Part shown: positions 39,001 to 54,000 of the stretch, piece by piece
How the letters are laid out: the number at the start of each line of letters is the position of its first letter
How positions within the stretch are numbered: the stretch's first letter is position 1
Origin: Candidatus Omnitrophota bacterium
Lineage (GTDB): Bacteria > Omnitrophota > Gorgyraeia > Zapsychrales > JBDRMG01
Reading direction: 5' to 3'
Assembly: GCA_043812495.1 (NCBI GenBank)
Contig: JBDRMG010000065.1
Span: 2,339 to 66,338 of the forward strand
Length of the DNA: 64,000 nt
Made by a program: the position numbers and the translations under genes
Notes under the pieces: model-generated
What the model was told of the DNA's origin: nothing
Database searches by the model: none
What the model saw: the letters and a program-made list of their open reading frames with translations, nothing else

Positions 39001-42000
39001 ATGCGCTCGTACATCACAACCGTTTTTGAAACTTCCAAGGATGCCAGAAAGCAAAATGTTTCCCTCCCTGCTTATTTCGAGGTCATTACGGGCAAAGCCA
39101 AGACCGATAGTATTGAGATAACGACAAGAACATTAACCACCTCCAAATGGGATGCCCAACGAGAACAAATGAAATCGATTGAAGTTCTGGGAAAAGAAGC
39201 CAGCATTCTTCTGTATGCCCAAAGAGGCTTTGGTTGCATAGTCGAAGAGGGAGTTGAAAATTTTGAGGAGATTTTCCCGATTAAGGATGAAGAGAATATC
39301 TTAAAGGCCTTAAGAGGAGGGAATGTGGCTTCCGAAGACGGCCGCATACACCTCAGCCTGCCGGGTGACCCCGAAACGGTTTTCAGCGATCACCATGCCA
39401 TTTTCGAGAAGAATTCTATTCGCTTCTACCATCTTCTTAACGTATGGGATGAAGTCAAAACAGGTACCGGCCAACTCATGATGACAAGAAATAATTACCA
39501 GAAAGCTTTTGATACCGGCGATCCGCAAAGACCCTCATTAGAGCCGGCGGATATCACGACCCTCAAACATCCCCTGATCGAAAATCCAAGAAGCACCAAC
39601 ATCGAAGACAGGGTATTTTATGTGTTGGGTTATGGCGAATCCAGTGAGACATATCCTTTCAGAGACGATGGCTATCTCAACAAACACGCGGAATATATTC
39701 TTAAAGACTTTCAAGACATCCGTCTTGCGCAAAGCGATCATCGAAGACTGATCAAATCAGAAGAAGGAAAGACTCTAGCGACCTACGATATGAACGACCG
39801 TCGGTATGGACTATCACTAGAGAGCAAAGCGTTCTTAATGGATGGGAGACTTTATTATGATCAGTATAAAGGCAGACCGGAAGAGCCGGATGTCATTAGG
39901 CTTTTCTACAGCCCGATCGAAATTCCTTGTAACTCATGGGGCTTTAATGAAGATGGAACAAAAGAATATTGGCGCTATTATCATGTGGCTCTCTTTGAGT
40001 GCAATGAGCATAATTATAGGATTATTGATGAAATCGATGTGGTCGGCTCCCTTAAAGAGCCTCGATTTATTTATCCTGAATTGAGTTGGTCTATTTATCA
40101 AGACGCTGTGTTCTTCGCGCGCTCAGAAAAATGGGAATTTTCTATAGAGGAATATAAGGGAACCCGAAACTTCAGCGACGATGTGGCCAACAGCTGGCCG
40201 TCGAGATTGCTCAAACTTCATAAACAAGCGATTAAGGAAGCAAGGGGAATGCTTCAGCGAACAGAGGAAAAAGGCCTCTTCGTTTACGAAGGAGAAGAGG
40301 TTTCCAAAGATCAGCTGAATTACGCAAAGGAATCTCGCATCAAGCGCCTTATCCTATCTAATGGGGCGGTTGCGGTGATCCTCATTTCCATACTCGGATT
40401 CCTTATGCTCATTTGGAAGATTTTGCGCCTGCAGACTAGAGGCGTCAATCTTAATTCTAGCGATAAAGAACATCTTGAACAAGTGATGTCCGAGCGCGAT
40501 ACGACCAGTGTATTGCGCTATAGGGCTAGGAAGGAAGTCATTAAAGATATTCATGAGATAGAAGATCTTTTACGTGATACTAAATTTAGACGCTTAGCCC
40601 GCAAGATTACTTTGACCGAGAAAGCCGGTGGAATCAATCAAGCTCAAATCAATGAATTACGAAATTTCACCTTTAGTGCCTTATCAACCAATGGCATTCT
40701 ACGAGATGCGAAAGAACAGATTACCGATTTCGTAAATGAAGGGTTCTTAACGAGCAGTGACGTCGAGGCTATCATTCGTCGTTTTGCGGACGATCTCTTT
40801 GAAGGAGTGTTACCGGAAAAGTTGGTTTTAGGCAAAATACTCAATAAAATCTTTAAGAACGCTTATTGGGATAAAAATGGTTTATTCAAGAAATCAACTG
40901 AAGATAAATTCCGCAAAAGTATAAAAAATTTGTTTGGCCGTATAGACTTTCATGTTTCAGAAGATTTTGTTAACAGTATTATCTCCGAAATATCTATCTT
41001 ACGGCCCGTTGAATATGTGCATCTTTCTAAGAGAGGCAACCATGAAGGCGGCACATCCCTAGACACGCACCTGTGGCTCTTGGACTGGGACAATGGTTTC
41101 CGCGTTGTTTCTCTTGAAGATTTTGTTCTCAGCTACAAGGCGATGTACCGCTTGATGCCGTTTATCTCAGGCCATACGCCGGCCATACGATGGTTTGTCC
41201 GGCAAATCAAAACATTAATGGCCAAGGGCCGAGAGAAGGAAGTGATTCCTTTCATTAATGCCCATCGCCTTTACTGGTATCAAGTGCTTAAGAATGAACT
41301 TGATAACCGCTTGGAAAATCAACGTGATGACCGCAGAAATGGCCCTGCCTATGAAAATAAAAAGGCCCGTCTCTGGAAGTTCATTTTACGCCGTTCAGAA
41401 TTTACGGACCTCTTGCGCTATCTATTAGAAGAAGATGATTTGGATAATCCTCTTTCCGTTACTCCAGAGTTTAAGGCCCGTAAGGCCCAGGTTGAAAAAG
41501 AAATGAAAAGGATTTATGACATTACGGTTCAAAATCCCGCAGCTTTTAATAATGACAAGATGACGGCGGAAGAAATCGAAACGATTGTCGAAAACATCTT
41601 TAGGCCGCTTATCCTTTATACGCGGCACGAAATCTTAAGATTACCAAACTATGATAATATTCTAAGACCCGAGGACACGGATCGTAACCATCTGAAAGCG
41701 TGGTATTGGTTCCAAAACGTGCTGCGCAAAATCCCGTTGGCCCGGAGACATTTTGGAACGGAAAGAGGCGAATTTGGCGTCTTCTCATTTCTTATTAGAA
41801 AAATTTTATTGAATAAGAATTTCTGGAGTCTTGACAGCATAAATAATGCCAAGGACAAACTATCTTCGATTCCGCCTTTATTAAAAATCCTGAGCTTCGC
41901 GGCCTTTGGCATCCTTGTGGCCACCATTACGTTCAAGGTGACAATTTTGGGAGTGACTATCGCCCTGCCGTTATGGATAAAAGCGATATTTCCGGTTATG

Positions 42001-45000
42001 ATCTATGGGTTATTTAAGCTTTTTACCAGCAATCAAACTTTAAAAAAGAAGAGGGCCAGTCTCTTCTGGGGTGCGGTAAGCCTGTTAACGCTAGGTTTTG
42101 TAATTTATATTGTCGGTTTTGTCGCCATACACTATATCTTTATGCCTTTACCGTATGCCATTGAAGGTTTTGGCTTGTCCATACTCCTGCCTATCTGGAC
42201 AAAATATTTGTTGATTGCCTTATCGGTCGTTCCTTTCTTGGATATGTTTTTCTTAACGTTCGTGGCTATCTCTAATATCGCTAAGGCGTTCGTAAGATTC
42301 TACATGGGATATAAGTATCGATTCTATAAGGCCAAGACATTTACCCAGGCCATGAAGCTTTTACCGGAGGTCTTGACGGATGAAAAATTTGGTCAGGATA
42401 GGGTATTTAAACTTAGGACAATTATAAAAGATTGGGATGACGAACGTCAAATATCCACAGCCGAATATGAACAATTTACAAAGGCTATTAAGGCGATAGA
42501 GGTAGGGGAGGTTAAGATCGATCTTCCTAAGGGGTTAAGGTCAAAGAGAATTGAAGAATGGTTAGAGAATTTTGTTAATAAATACTACCGTAAAGATATT
42601 GCGGTCGATCCGCAAAGCCTCTTTGATCTACGCTCCTTTACCAAGCAAGTCAGCGGTTTTGGCGAAACGCCTTATTTTGCTTTTGATGACGCAAACAAAC
42701 TCAAGAAGGGGACCTTGCAGACTCAAATAGGGATGCTGGCGACCTCCTATCCTAATGAGTATAAGATAGTTGTTGAAAGATTAAAAGAGGAAGGCTTAAT
42801 CAATGACGCCCAGGAGGAAGAACTCCTATGGTTGATCAGCCATCCTGACCATTCCCTTGAACTGCTTTTGCCGCAGGAAGACGCGCAAGCCCGTCTTGAA
42901 ATAGAAGAATGGGTCAACCTCAATCTTCAATCCGGTTATGCCAATATGAAGAGCTTAGTCAAGCTTAGAATAGTTTACAGATACTATATCGAAAAATTCT
43001 TACCTGGTCTTCCGGAGGCAGAAGTTGCAAAATTAGTCGATAGCTATTTACAATTTGCTTATATCTATGATCTTTTCGCACAAAATACTCAGAAAGATTT
43101 AAGAGACAAAACAGGCATTAGGGATTTAGACATAGCTGATTATCCTAGATTATTAAGAGAAGGAAGAATAGCTTTACCTGAAGATTTGTCCTATAGCACT
43201 AAGAAGTTCCTCAGATTCTTGGCTGATAATAATATTGAAATTTCTAAAGGCGGTGTATTCAAGACAGGCAATATCTTGGAGAAAACCGATACCCATGATG
43301 CAAAATACACAAGCTGGATGAGCTATATGAGTAATGTTAGAGGCGAAATCGTCATGGCCTTGGACTGGGACCACTACAATCCCTTAAGCGAATTGTGGTT
43401 CTTTCCCAATGTGGGTATGGATTTTGCTTTAGATGAGCGTTTAGCCGGTGGGACTTACAATAGCGACATCTTTACCCGGCCTATTTCCTCTTCTGCTAAT
43501 ACCATGGGTTATATGGAAGAAGGGTGGTTAGACGGCGAGCAGCCCGTTAAAGGCGAGATTGATGTTATTCTTTTTTATGGTAAAGGATTTAAACGTACCG
43601 GAGCTTTGAGAAATCACGAGATACTCGTTGAAGATGATAGTGTCCAGGAAGACGCTATGGGTATGATAAAGTCTATTGCACGTGGCGCACGCACTAAGGT
43701 CTTTCATGGGATAAAAATTTTCAAAGGATTAGCAAATATGATCTTAGGCGCTCTTGTTCCGTTGCGAAAGTGGAGCAGCGACTCTTCGGAAGGCGTTCGG
43801 CTCATTGAGATTATTAAGTTCTACCTAAATCCCAATATTCATTGGACTAAAAAATTAGGCAGTCTCATCAGTTGGATTTTCTATGGAAAAAAACCCTCTG
43901 TGAAAAGAGTCACGATCCAAGTTTTGATTATTTACTATGTCTTTAATCTTAACCCATGGTCTGGCTTGGCTTTAGCCTTGTGGTATGTAGGTGTGAATGC
44001 GGGACAAGCTATTGGATACGGCGGTTTGGGTGTGTACATGAGAAGATATGGCTACATAAAAGGTTTTGTTTTGTGGGTTTACGATATGGTAACAAAACAC
44101 TTCCCCTTTGCAACTGGCATTATTCCTCTTTATGCCGATGTTGTTAAAAGAGGTTTCAATGGTTTTACGAAATTCATCAGAACCGGCGGCAAGGCTGGTG
44201 TTCTGGCTAGAACTCTAGGCATAGACCTTTATGTCTTCGCATTCAAAGGCATCATCCCGGCTTCCGTATTAACAGCGCTCGTGACATTTTCTTCGTTTGA
44301 TCCGATCAAGGCCACCATATGGCTTCCGCAGATCTTGACAGTCACGGTGGGGTGGTTAACGTTTATCTTTATCCTCGACCCTGTTGGATCGATCAAGAAA
44401 ATTCCGTATATATTGCAAAATATTGCCAATATCTTTTTTGGATTTATGTTCGGCCTTATTGACTTTACCGCGAATGTCATTTCCTTAGTACCTGGTATAA
44501 GACAGTTAAGAAAACTGATGAATAAAAAGGTCTATGAAAGGGCCTATAAAGTACAACATCTAGCACGAAAATATAAGGTCGGCAGCTATGAAAATGATAT
44601 GTTAACGGCCTTTGCCGGGCTTGAAGATGTTTCTCCATCCACAGGTTTCCATTATGCCTTGAGAGGATATACTCAAGGCAGAATCGAAGGCATGCCGTCA
44701 TTCATGATGACCATGCGGGTTTGGCAGCTGTCACATAGTAAGAAAATCATCAAAGAAGATATGAGGATGGAACTTAATGGGGAATTAGTGGAAGATCACG
44801 CCAAACCCCGCTTAGGATTCACGGAAGACGACGTTGTCGCGGAGGCCAAAGACATTATTCATTCAGAAAAGATCCATACCTTCGCGATCCTGACCGAAGA
44901 GACGCCTTATGTCAAAGCGGTCCTCGATTATTATGAACAAAACAACCAACTTGAAAAAGCCAAAAGACTGCGCGACAGGCTCTCCGGCCATATGGTGCGC

Positions 45001-48000
45001 GAAGGTCCCATGACCACGGCCTTTGGCGCCAATCTCGATGGCTATATCCTCATCGCCACCAACGACAATCCCAATCCCGCCTCCGTAACGATTCATGAAA
45101 ACAACAACGGAACCCATGCCGACAAGCTCCAGGCTGAGCGAATCTACCAAAAGAAATTAAATATTGTTGCTGTCTCACCGGAAGTTGCTCCATTTTCTAA
45201 GTCCGGCGGATTAGGTGATGTGATCCAGGGTCTCCCTAAATCACTGGCCCGCATCAAGAATCAAGTTACTGTTGTGACTCTCTTGTACGATTCCATTGAT
45301 CGCGAAAAATTTAATATTCAAGAGACCGGATTAACGATTGACGTTCCGATTGGAGGACGTCTAGAAAGAGGAGATCTCCTTACAACCCAAATCGACGGTG
45401 TTCAGTATTACTTCATTTATCATCCTCTTTACAGCAAAAAACTTTATCTGGGAACACAGCTGGGTAAATACGAAGAACAATATGAACTCATCAAAGACGT
45501 GGTTCATCATCGATTAGGTCGTCATGTTCCGGTCCACGAACTTCCTGTGTTCATCCACCAGATTTGCTATGAACAAGCTCACTTTTTATCCATGGGTGCT
45601 CTTGAGGCGATCAAAGCTCTCAAGATTGAGCCTGATATTCTACATACCCACGATTGGCAGACATCTCTGCTGCCGATATTTGTCCAAGCCCATCTCAACT
45701 ATCGAAGAGATCCCCGCTTCACGCGCGCGTTAACTGTTTATACAATCCATAATTTACGTTTTCAGGGCCGGTTCAACAAGCATCTCTTGCCGTTATCCGG
45801 AATTGACTGGGTAGAATTCACGGTCGACAAGCTGGAATTTCACGATGACATCAACCTGATGAAAGCGGGCATTGTCTATACGGATGTGGTCACGACGGTT
45901 AGCCCGAACTACAGAAATCAAATCCTCACAAAAGAATTCGGCGAAGAACTCGAAGGCGTCTTAGTCAACAACAAGGATAAATTATACGGCATCCTCAACG
46001 GTCTCGATTATCAGGAATTCGATCCACAAACAGATGAAGCATTGGCGAAAAAATACACTGTTCGTACTGTCAAGAAAGGCAAGAAAGCCAATAAGTCAAA
46101 TCTTGCTGAGCGTATGATGGAAGAAATGAAAGAAGACAATGATGCTCGTGAGCAATCGAAAGAAGACAATATCCCTCAGATCAACATAGATCCCGAGGGC
46201 ATTCTCATCAGCATGGTCGGACGCATCACTGTCCAAAAAGGTCTTGCGCTTCTTGCCGGGTCGCTTGGGCAGATTTTAGAAAATAATCCGTCTGTGCAGA
46301 TTGTCTTGGCCGGTAAACCGGATCTTGATGTGAAAGAATATGTTGAAGCTATTAATGAGGTGCAAAAACAGTATCCTGACAGGCTGATCCTCATGCCGAA
46401 ATATATCAGCGAAAACCTTGCAAGAAATATCTACGCCGCTTCCGATATCTTCTTCATGCCTTCCACCTATGAGCCCTGCGGCCTGACACAGCTCATTAGC
46501 TATCGCTACGGGACCGTACTGGTTGTCTTTAAGACAGGCGGTTTGGCCGATACAGTCCATGATTATTCTGAAAATCCTGAAATTACGACAAGCACCGGAT
46601 TTGTTTTTGACGAATACACGGTGGACGCATTCGTCGAAAAAGTCCAGCAAGCCGTTACCCTCAAGAAAGAACAGCCGGACATCTGGCATCAAATTATTAC
46701 GCACAACATGAACATAGACTTCTCCTGGGGAGTCCCCGGCGTACGATACAATGGTCTATTTACAGAGGCGTTGATGAGAAAGAATGCAAACAGATCAAAT
46801 AACAACAGTCAGGCATTGGAACTCTATAGCATATCTACAGCACCTATAGGAGGTTTGATTGTTGTTCTTGCCATGATTCTGGTTTTATTATTTATAGTCT
46901 TCCCGATGATCTCTATTGCGCTTGGCACAGGGGATTTGGGAACTCAACCGATCGTAATAAGACATTATTATAAATTACGTGAAAATGATCCTACTCTGAC
47001 TCACTTCGGAGAGATTCAAGATAATTTACGCGGAATGAAGCCGAACGAATTAGTTAAGATCATCAAAGAAATGAAAGACGATAAAATGCTGAGAGAACAC
47101 ATTCTCTTTTTAGCCTGGCATGTCGAAAGGTCATTCTGCTATTGCGATAGAAAATATTTGCGTTATCTTATCCCTGATTTCAGAAGTATATTAAATAATG
47201 ATTATTACTCTAAGGAAACAAAAACTGTTGTTATTGATGCCTTGAAAGTCCTGGCAAGACTTAGAAATGTCGAAGCAGCGTCAATACTGAGAGAACAAAA
47301 AGTCAATTTCTATGTTAAGCAAAACATCGTATCTCTTTATTTCATCAGCCTGACAGGATTTCTTGTCGGCTCTTTGCGTTCAAAAAGTGTTTCGTATAAG
47401 GATGGCCCGGAGGCTATATGGCAGAGATATCAAGAATTAGCTAAAGAAAAAGACCAAGGATTCATGATAGCTGTCGGAGGGAATATGGTTTCTTCCGGGA
47501 AGACACATATCGGCCGCATGATTTACCGGCTTTTTGCTGAACGCCTTAATAATGAGAAAGTCACCTTTATTGATCAAGATCAGTGCGCTGATGATGAAAG
47601 AATAGAATACACAAGGTTAGTTCAGTATGCAGCAGAAAAAGATAAAGTAGCGATAATCAGTACGGCGACAATAGGAGATCTCGATGATGAGCCTGATATC
47701 AAAGTTTATATTACGAATTCGCCCGTGAGCCGTTTGAGCAACCAATTAATACGTATATTATCACCGTTAAAATCCATTAAAACAGCACCCTGGATTATAT
47801 ATCATATTCTTGGACTTTTTCCATTTCTACTTCACTTCATTGTTGACCTATTTGGCTCAGCATTTGCTATGGATATCAGTGAACCCGATATCATTATTAG
47901 AAATACACTATTAGCAAGACTGACTCCTAAGAAAAAGACCGATTCCGCCCTTCGACAAGCTCAAGACAAAGCCAAACCCCGCTTAGGATTTACGCAAGAC

Positions 48001-51000
48001 GATGTTGTCACCGAAGCCAGAGGCATTATCGATTCAGAAAAGATCAACACATTTGCGATCCTGACCAAAGAGACACCTTATGTCAAAGCGGTCCTCGATT
48101 ATTATGAAAGAACCAACCAGCAGGAAAAAGCCAACAGACTGCGCGCCAGGCTCTCCGGCCACATGGTCCGCGAAGGTCCCATGACCACAGCCTTCGGCGC
48201 CAACCTCGGCGGCTATACCCTTATCGCCACCAACGACAACCCCAATCCCTCCTCTGTAACGATTCATGAAAATAACAACGGAACCCATGCCGACAACAGC
48301 AAAGAAGAAGCACTCTTTATTCAATACACAGACCGCAATACCATCCGGCAATACTTGCGCAATGCCCTTCGCAAAGGCTGGAAAGTTACCAATTTAATTT
48401 TAACGGCTTTTACCGGTTCCCAGGCCGATATGTTTACTTCCCAGATTGATTCCAGCCTCTATCCCCGAGGTACCTTCGTCAGGGCCTTGGCTGATCCTAA
48501 GGCCGGGAAAGACATGAAAACCTATGGGAGGGCCTTCGGTAACGGCCTTGCCAACCTCGGCGCCTTACGGATGTCCTTGAATGATCACGTAGCCTATCTT
48601 AACCTTCAAGAAGGGGAATATGAGCTACGCTCTATTATCGGCGAAAGATTCTTCGTCGGTTTACACGGCGGCGGGTCCTCCAGCCGTAATCCCAAATTTA
48701 CGCAAATCGGAAAATTCAACGGCACCCTTCCCATTAAGAGAGCCAAGGCTGACCCAAGCGAGCCCGACATGCCCGTAACATTGCAAGAAGAACTCCTTGC
48801 TCCGATTGCTGTCTTTAGCGATGCATATCCCGAAGGAAGGCCGGCGTACCTCAATGTCAACGGTGATGCCATTATTACATTTAACGCCGAAGAATTAAAA
48901 TCTTTCCTCCGCAGCGACAGCGAAATTGCGGAGGGCACTGTAATTCTCTTAAGAAAAGTCGATGCCTCGGAAGCTCCGACCTGGGGCGTAGCTGCGGTTG
49001 ATGACTTTGGCCACATTATTGAGTTTAAGGAGAAGCCGACCAAGGGCATGAAAGTCTCCGAGTCCGAAAGAAAAGAACTCTTAACCAGAGAAGGTCTGCT
49101 AGTCGACGACCAATATGTGCTGATGAATACCGTTTTTGCCATCCTAGGCGGTGAGGCTATGGTCCGCTGGCTTAAAATGGCCGGTGTTAAGATTACGAAA
49201 GAAGGCAATGTCATCATCGACAGCGAAGGCCAGCTTGTTTATGAAGATGACAGCGTGTATAAAAGACTGCTCACGTATGGCGGCGAATTGGATACGTTCG
49301 GGCATTTGATTTCTATCATGGCGCCTAAGGCCAATGCCCAAAAATGCATCTTTGGCGAGCTTTTGAAGAAATTTAACGAAGATGAAGACTTTATTAGAGA
49401 AATCAATGCTCTGATAAGTTTAGGCGAAGACACAGACGGTCCTCTGGACTTAGCCATTCTCAGAGGTCAGATCGAATACCGGATCGCTTATTATATTGAC
49501 GCCATCAACGCAGAAACAATCCTCTCAGTTAAAAAAGATTACACCAATAAACTTATCGCTCTTGGCCGGGCAAGTATATTTGCCATGATGTGGGAAACCC
49601 TTAGAGCCGAAGGCCCGGGAAGCGTGTTATGGGGCGCCCAGATCGAAGGTCAATGGCTGGATACGGGCCGGACGGACGAAGAAGCCGATATTATTCTCGG
49701 CAATAATCCCGGCGCCCGAGATATAGCAAAAGTCTTTAGTATTGAGCCTTCGATTGCCTCTGTCGGCGGGGCCCATGCCTTTGAAAGTATCGTCGAAGGC
49801 CAGGAAACCGAAGAAGTTCATCCAACCTCGATTCAAATACGCTCGCGCCTAACCGGCCATCAAATCGTTCTTGAAGCCGAAAGTCAAACCCATTTAGTCA
49901 GTTGGCCTTATAATATTCGGCTGATCAAAAAAGCCGTTATGAATGAAGGCGCTGTGCATGACGACAAGGGCAACGCCTGGGTCGTGCATGGCCTCTGGCA
50001 CATGAATGATTTGCCCAAAGACAGCACCTCACATTTTGGTTATGAGATTGAGCGCTGGCTGGCTGAGCATAACATAAAGAGTGAACAGGTCTTCGGTAAT
50101 GCCAAGCACACGCTTCTTTTTGCCAAGCTATTTCCCGGAGTCAGCTCAAGCGGTATCAACCAGAATAGGCCAGTTGACCAATTAGATGCCCAGCTGATCA
50201 ACGATCTTCCTTTGATTTGGATGGTCCTTCAAACCCACCAAGGCGTTATGCCCGAATCCTGGTACAGTGCCTTAAGGACCGGACGCCTGTTCTCCTTGGA
50301 TGATTTGTATCAAAAACCAAGCGTTGGCCTTTTGAGTTCGCGCCTTGAAGAAGTTTCAAAAGCCGTTCGGAAAGAAATATCCAAAGCGGCTCCCAAGGAA
50401 ATGGCTGCCGAAGAAGAGGCCGTTCAATGGAAAAACAGGGTTGTCTGGGTCATTGTTTCTCAAGATGACGAAATTATCTATTATACGAGGGGTTCTGAGA
50501 TTAAAGCATCTAAGAATAGAGACGCGTTGTTCAGCGTGGAAGGAAGAGCGGAGGAGCTGACCCCTGTGATGATGGCCAAGCTTTTGGGTGTCGAAGGAGC
50601 GACGCCAGTCATATCCGTTAAAAAGATGGGGATTTATAACTATGCGGGCGAAGAAGGCTTTGAAGGAGATATCTATAAGTACAGATATGACGATCCCGCG
50701 GGGAATCCTGAAATTCTGGATGTTCGCGTCGTCAGGATAGAGAAGTCAGCCCTGGATATACAAAGGCAGATGGCAAGCCAGAATTTAGTCAATCTTACAA
50801 AGATTGCAGCAATTAAACACGAAGAAATCAATAAATTGATTGAAGATGTCCGAAGAAGGCCGGATACATACAACAGCACCATGCGCATTATTTTGGGCTA
50901 CAAGGCCATTACCGAAAGAATCAAAGAAGCGATCGTCCGATCTCAAGAGGGGCCATCGGGTCAAAGCGGTTCTTACAAGGGTCCTCTGAGCGCAGAAGAA

Positions 51001-54000
51001 CTCAAAATAGTTCATTCCGAGATTGAGCAGGCTCACAAAGAACAAAGAGCGACTGTTGTTCATGGAAAGATTGAGGGTCTCGCTAAGGCAAGCGCCCAAC
51101 AGATCCAATCGTTCGCCGCCGCCCATGACCTTCTGAAAGGATTCACCGTCGACTTGGGAAGATTTCAAACGGGTGAAGTTGATATTTACGAATCGTTAAG
51201 AGCGTCCAATATCGTCTTGATTCTACCCAGAGCCAACGCGCCCAATCCGGTGGCCAAGATAACCCCTGCCGTTGTGATCGACGGAACCATTTACTTCTTT
51301 AGTGACCTTCAAAATATTTCCCCTGTTATTCTTGCCCAAAAGCTTCTTCATGAAGCCGTTGAATTAACCGCACAGACTAAAGCGACAGACTTTAAAAATA
51401 TCGAACAAAAAGTCCATGATTTTGCCCGAGAAACCGAAAAAGAATTCCTAAAATCAGACGCCGGACGTTTAGCCCTCCATGAGCAAACCATGGATGTCTT
51501 AAAACCTGTTCTTGAGAGAGCAAAAGAACAACTCGACCGGAGGGTTGACATCGTTATCGGCATCAATGCGCATAACGAAGTCGATAACATCACCCATGTC
51601 GTTGATTCTTTAAAACAAGGCCTAAGCAGAGACTATCCCGGCAAGACGGCCGTCCTCATTATTCTGGGAAGCCCTCTGGCGGATGAGCTCATTAGCGTTG
51701 TGAAGGCGATTCCCGAGGAAGACAACATTAAAATCATCACAATGAAAAGCCCGCACCGAGGAAAGGTTTGGGGAATCCTGAGTCTGTTTGATTTGGCCCA
51801 CTTGTTGGATGCCGAAACCGCCATCATGATTGATGCCGATATCACAAATCGCAACTTAAGCGACTGGGTGAAGGCCTATACCCAAAAAGTGGCGACTGAA
51901 GGATTTGATTATGTGGATTCCAATTATGCCAGAAACGAAATCACGGATGACGGCGGAATAACAAAATATATCATCGGGCCTGTCCTGACAAGTTTACTGT
52001 CCGTTCCGAGCGAACAACCGGTCGGCGGTGAATTCGCCTTCTCAAAGACATATATCCGCCATGCCAGACGAGACCAAAGAATCTTAGACGCTGTATTGTC
52101 AAGAAAGACATACGGCTTAACCGGAAGAGCGGCTGGATCTTTGGGTGAATATCTCATTCTCACCGGAATGCTTTCCTTAGCGGCTGAACACAATCTGAAA
52201 ATTTCCGCAAGCCTCCCCTTGGGCACCAAAGAGCACAATCCGATTATCCCCGAAGAAAGATTCACGGTTGCCTTAAGAGGATTTCTTGAACAGGTCAATA
52301 ACGACGCGGCCATTTGGCTTGGAAGAAAAGCCGATGTCGATCTCAGCGCCCTTACCTTGGCGTATTGTGCCATGGATGACGCATTGAAAACAAAACAAAG
52401 CCAATGGATGGAAAATTTCAGAAGTCACTTTACAGATTTTAAAGACATCTATTGTGCCGTTCTGACTCCCGAAACCAATGACTTATTAGAGAAGGCAGCA
52501 GTCGAAGATCAAGGTGATCTGGAAATAACTCCCGCAATCTGGGCGCAAACGATCTACGGCATCATTTTGGCCTATCATTTGCGTAGCGAAATCAACCGCG
52601 ACCGATTACTGGACGCGACCAATATCGTCTTTCAGCTGTTTTCCGCGCTGTCTGTCGCAAAGATCGCGGCCGGGGGTCTGACGGCCGAAGATTATGTGCG
52701 TGATGTTTACAAAGCATTTTCAGCCCAAAGAGACACTTTCATCAAGGCATGGCAGCAAGCCAAATGGCATCAGTTTCTTAATTCCATCAAAGAGCATCTT
52801 CCGTTAGATTTCAGACAGATCTCTTTATCCCATATCAAAGAAATCGTTATTCCTTCATGGCCGGCGTTTCGGGAATATTCATCTCAGGAGAACGATTTGC
52901 TCAGTGAAACAAAAATTTTATTGACCATACCCTCCTTCGTCGATCAGCTTTTCAGCCATAGCCTGCGATACGGTTTGCATGTCACTTACGGCCTTGCTTA
53001 TTTAAGACAGCTATCTCCGGCCAAACGGGACGATGTGTTGGGACAAATAAGAACTTTAGGCTATGCGGATTTGGCAGACTGGTTAGCCCTAAATCACAAT
53101 GCTAGAATCAACGAGGCCATGGAAGCCATCAAGGCAAGCTATCCGGATCAATCCTCCGAAGGACGCAAAGTTTTAAAAGATCTCATTGCCTTAAGAGATA
53201 TTGTCATGAGCCGTAGCCGGTCTTTAAAAGTGGCTACCGAAACATTAATCGACCATCAGGGCGACGAAGGATATCAGGGAATTTTAGACCTTTTGTTCAA
53301 CAACAAAGGGATTCTGGATGTCCTCTATGGCATTGCGCCGGTAGCCATTATCGAAACCATGGTCTCTGGAAAACGGATTGAACTTCTCAGAGAAGTCCTC
53401 TGGGCCTTGCACCAGGTGGAAGGCGTTGTTGTCAACGTGCTTGCTTTGGGCAATAACACGTACTACGTGTACGATGAAAATGCCCTGAAACGCATGGCGC
53501 CCCATAACGTGAGACGATGCACCGTGACCAAGGAAGGGCTGGAATCAAGGATCCAACTAGATCTGGCAAGAGAAAACGGAACGTATTATGACCTGCCGCG
53601 GGAAACCAGAAGAGCGTCTGTTCTTGAGGCGACTGTTGTTGATAAACTAAGTCAAGCCATTCTTCTTGTTGGGCCGGGTCAGAGATTCTCGCTTTGGGAT
53701 GAAGCATCCCGTATTCACAGGGCAGGGGCGCTTGCGTCAAGAGCATTCAGCTTAGAAGCATCAAAGGTGGATGTCAACACAACGGCCACCATTAACAGGG
53801 CCAAGGCCTTAGACGAACAAGTGAGCGCGGAGCTCGAGGCCGAGACAATAGTTAATAACCGCATTCCTCAGGTTATTATCGATGATTCCCTACCGGAAAT
53901 CTTCGCCCAGAACGCCCAGACGTTGGCCCGCTTGTCAGAAAAATACGGCGTTAAGATTATTCATTTGTCGGCTTTAAACAGGGAAATGGACCAAAGGCAA

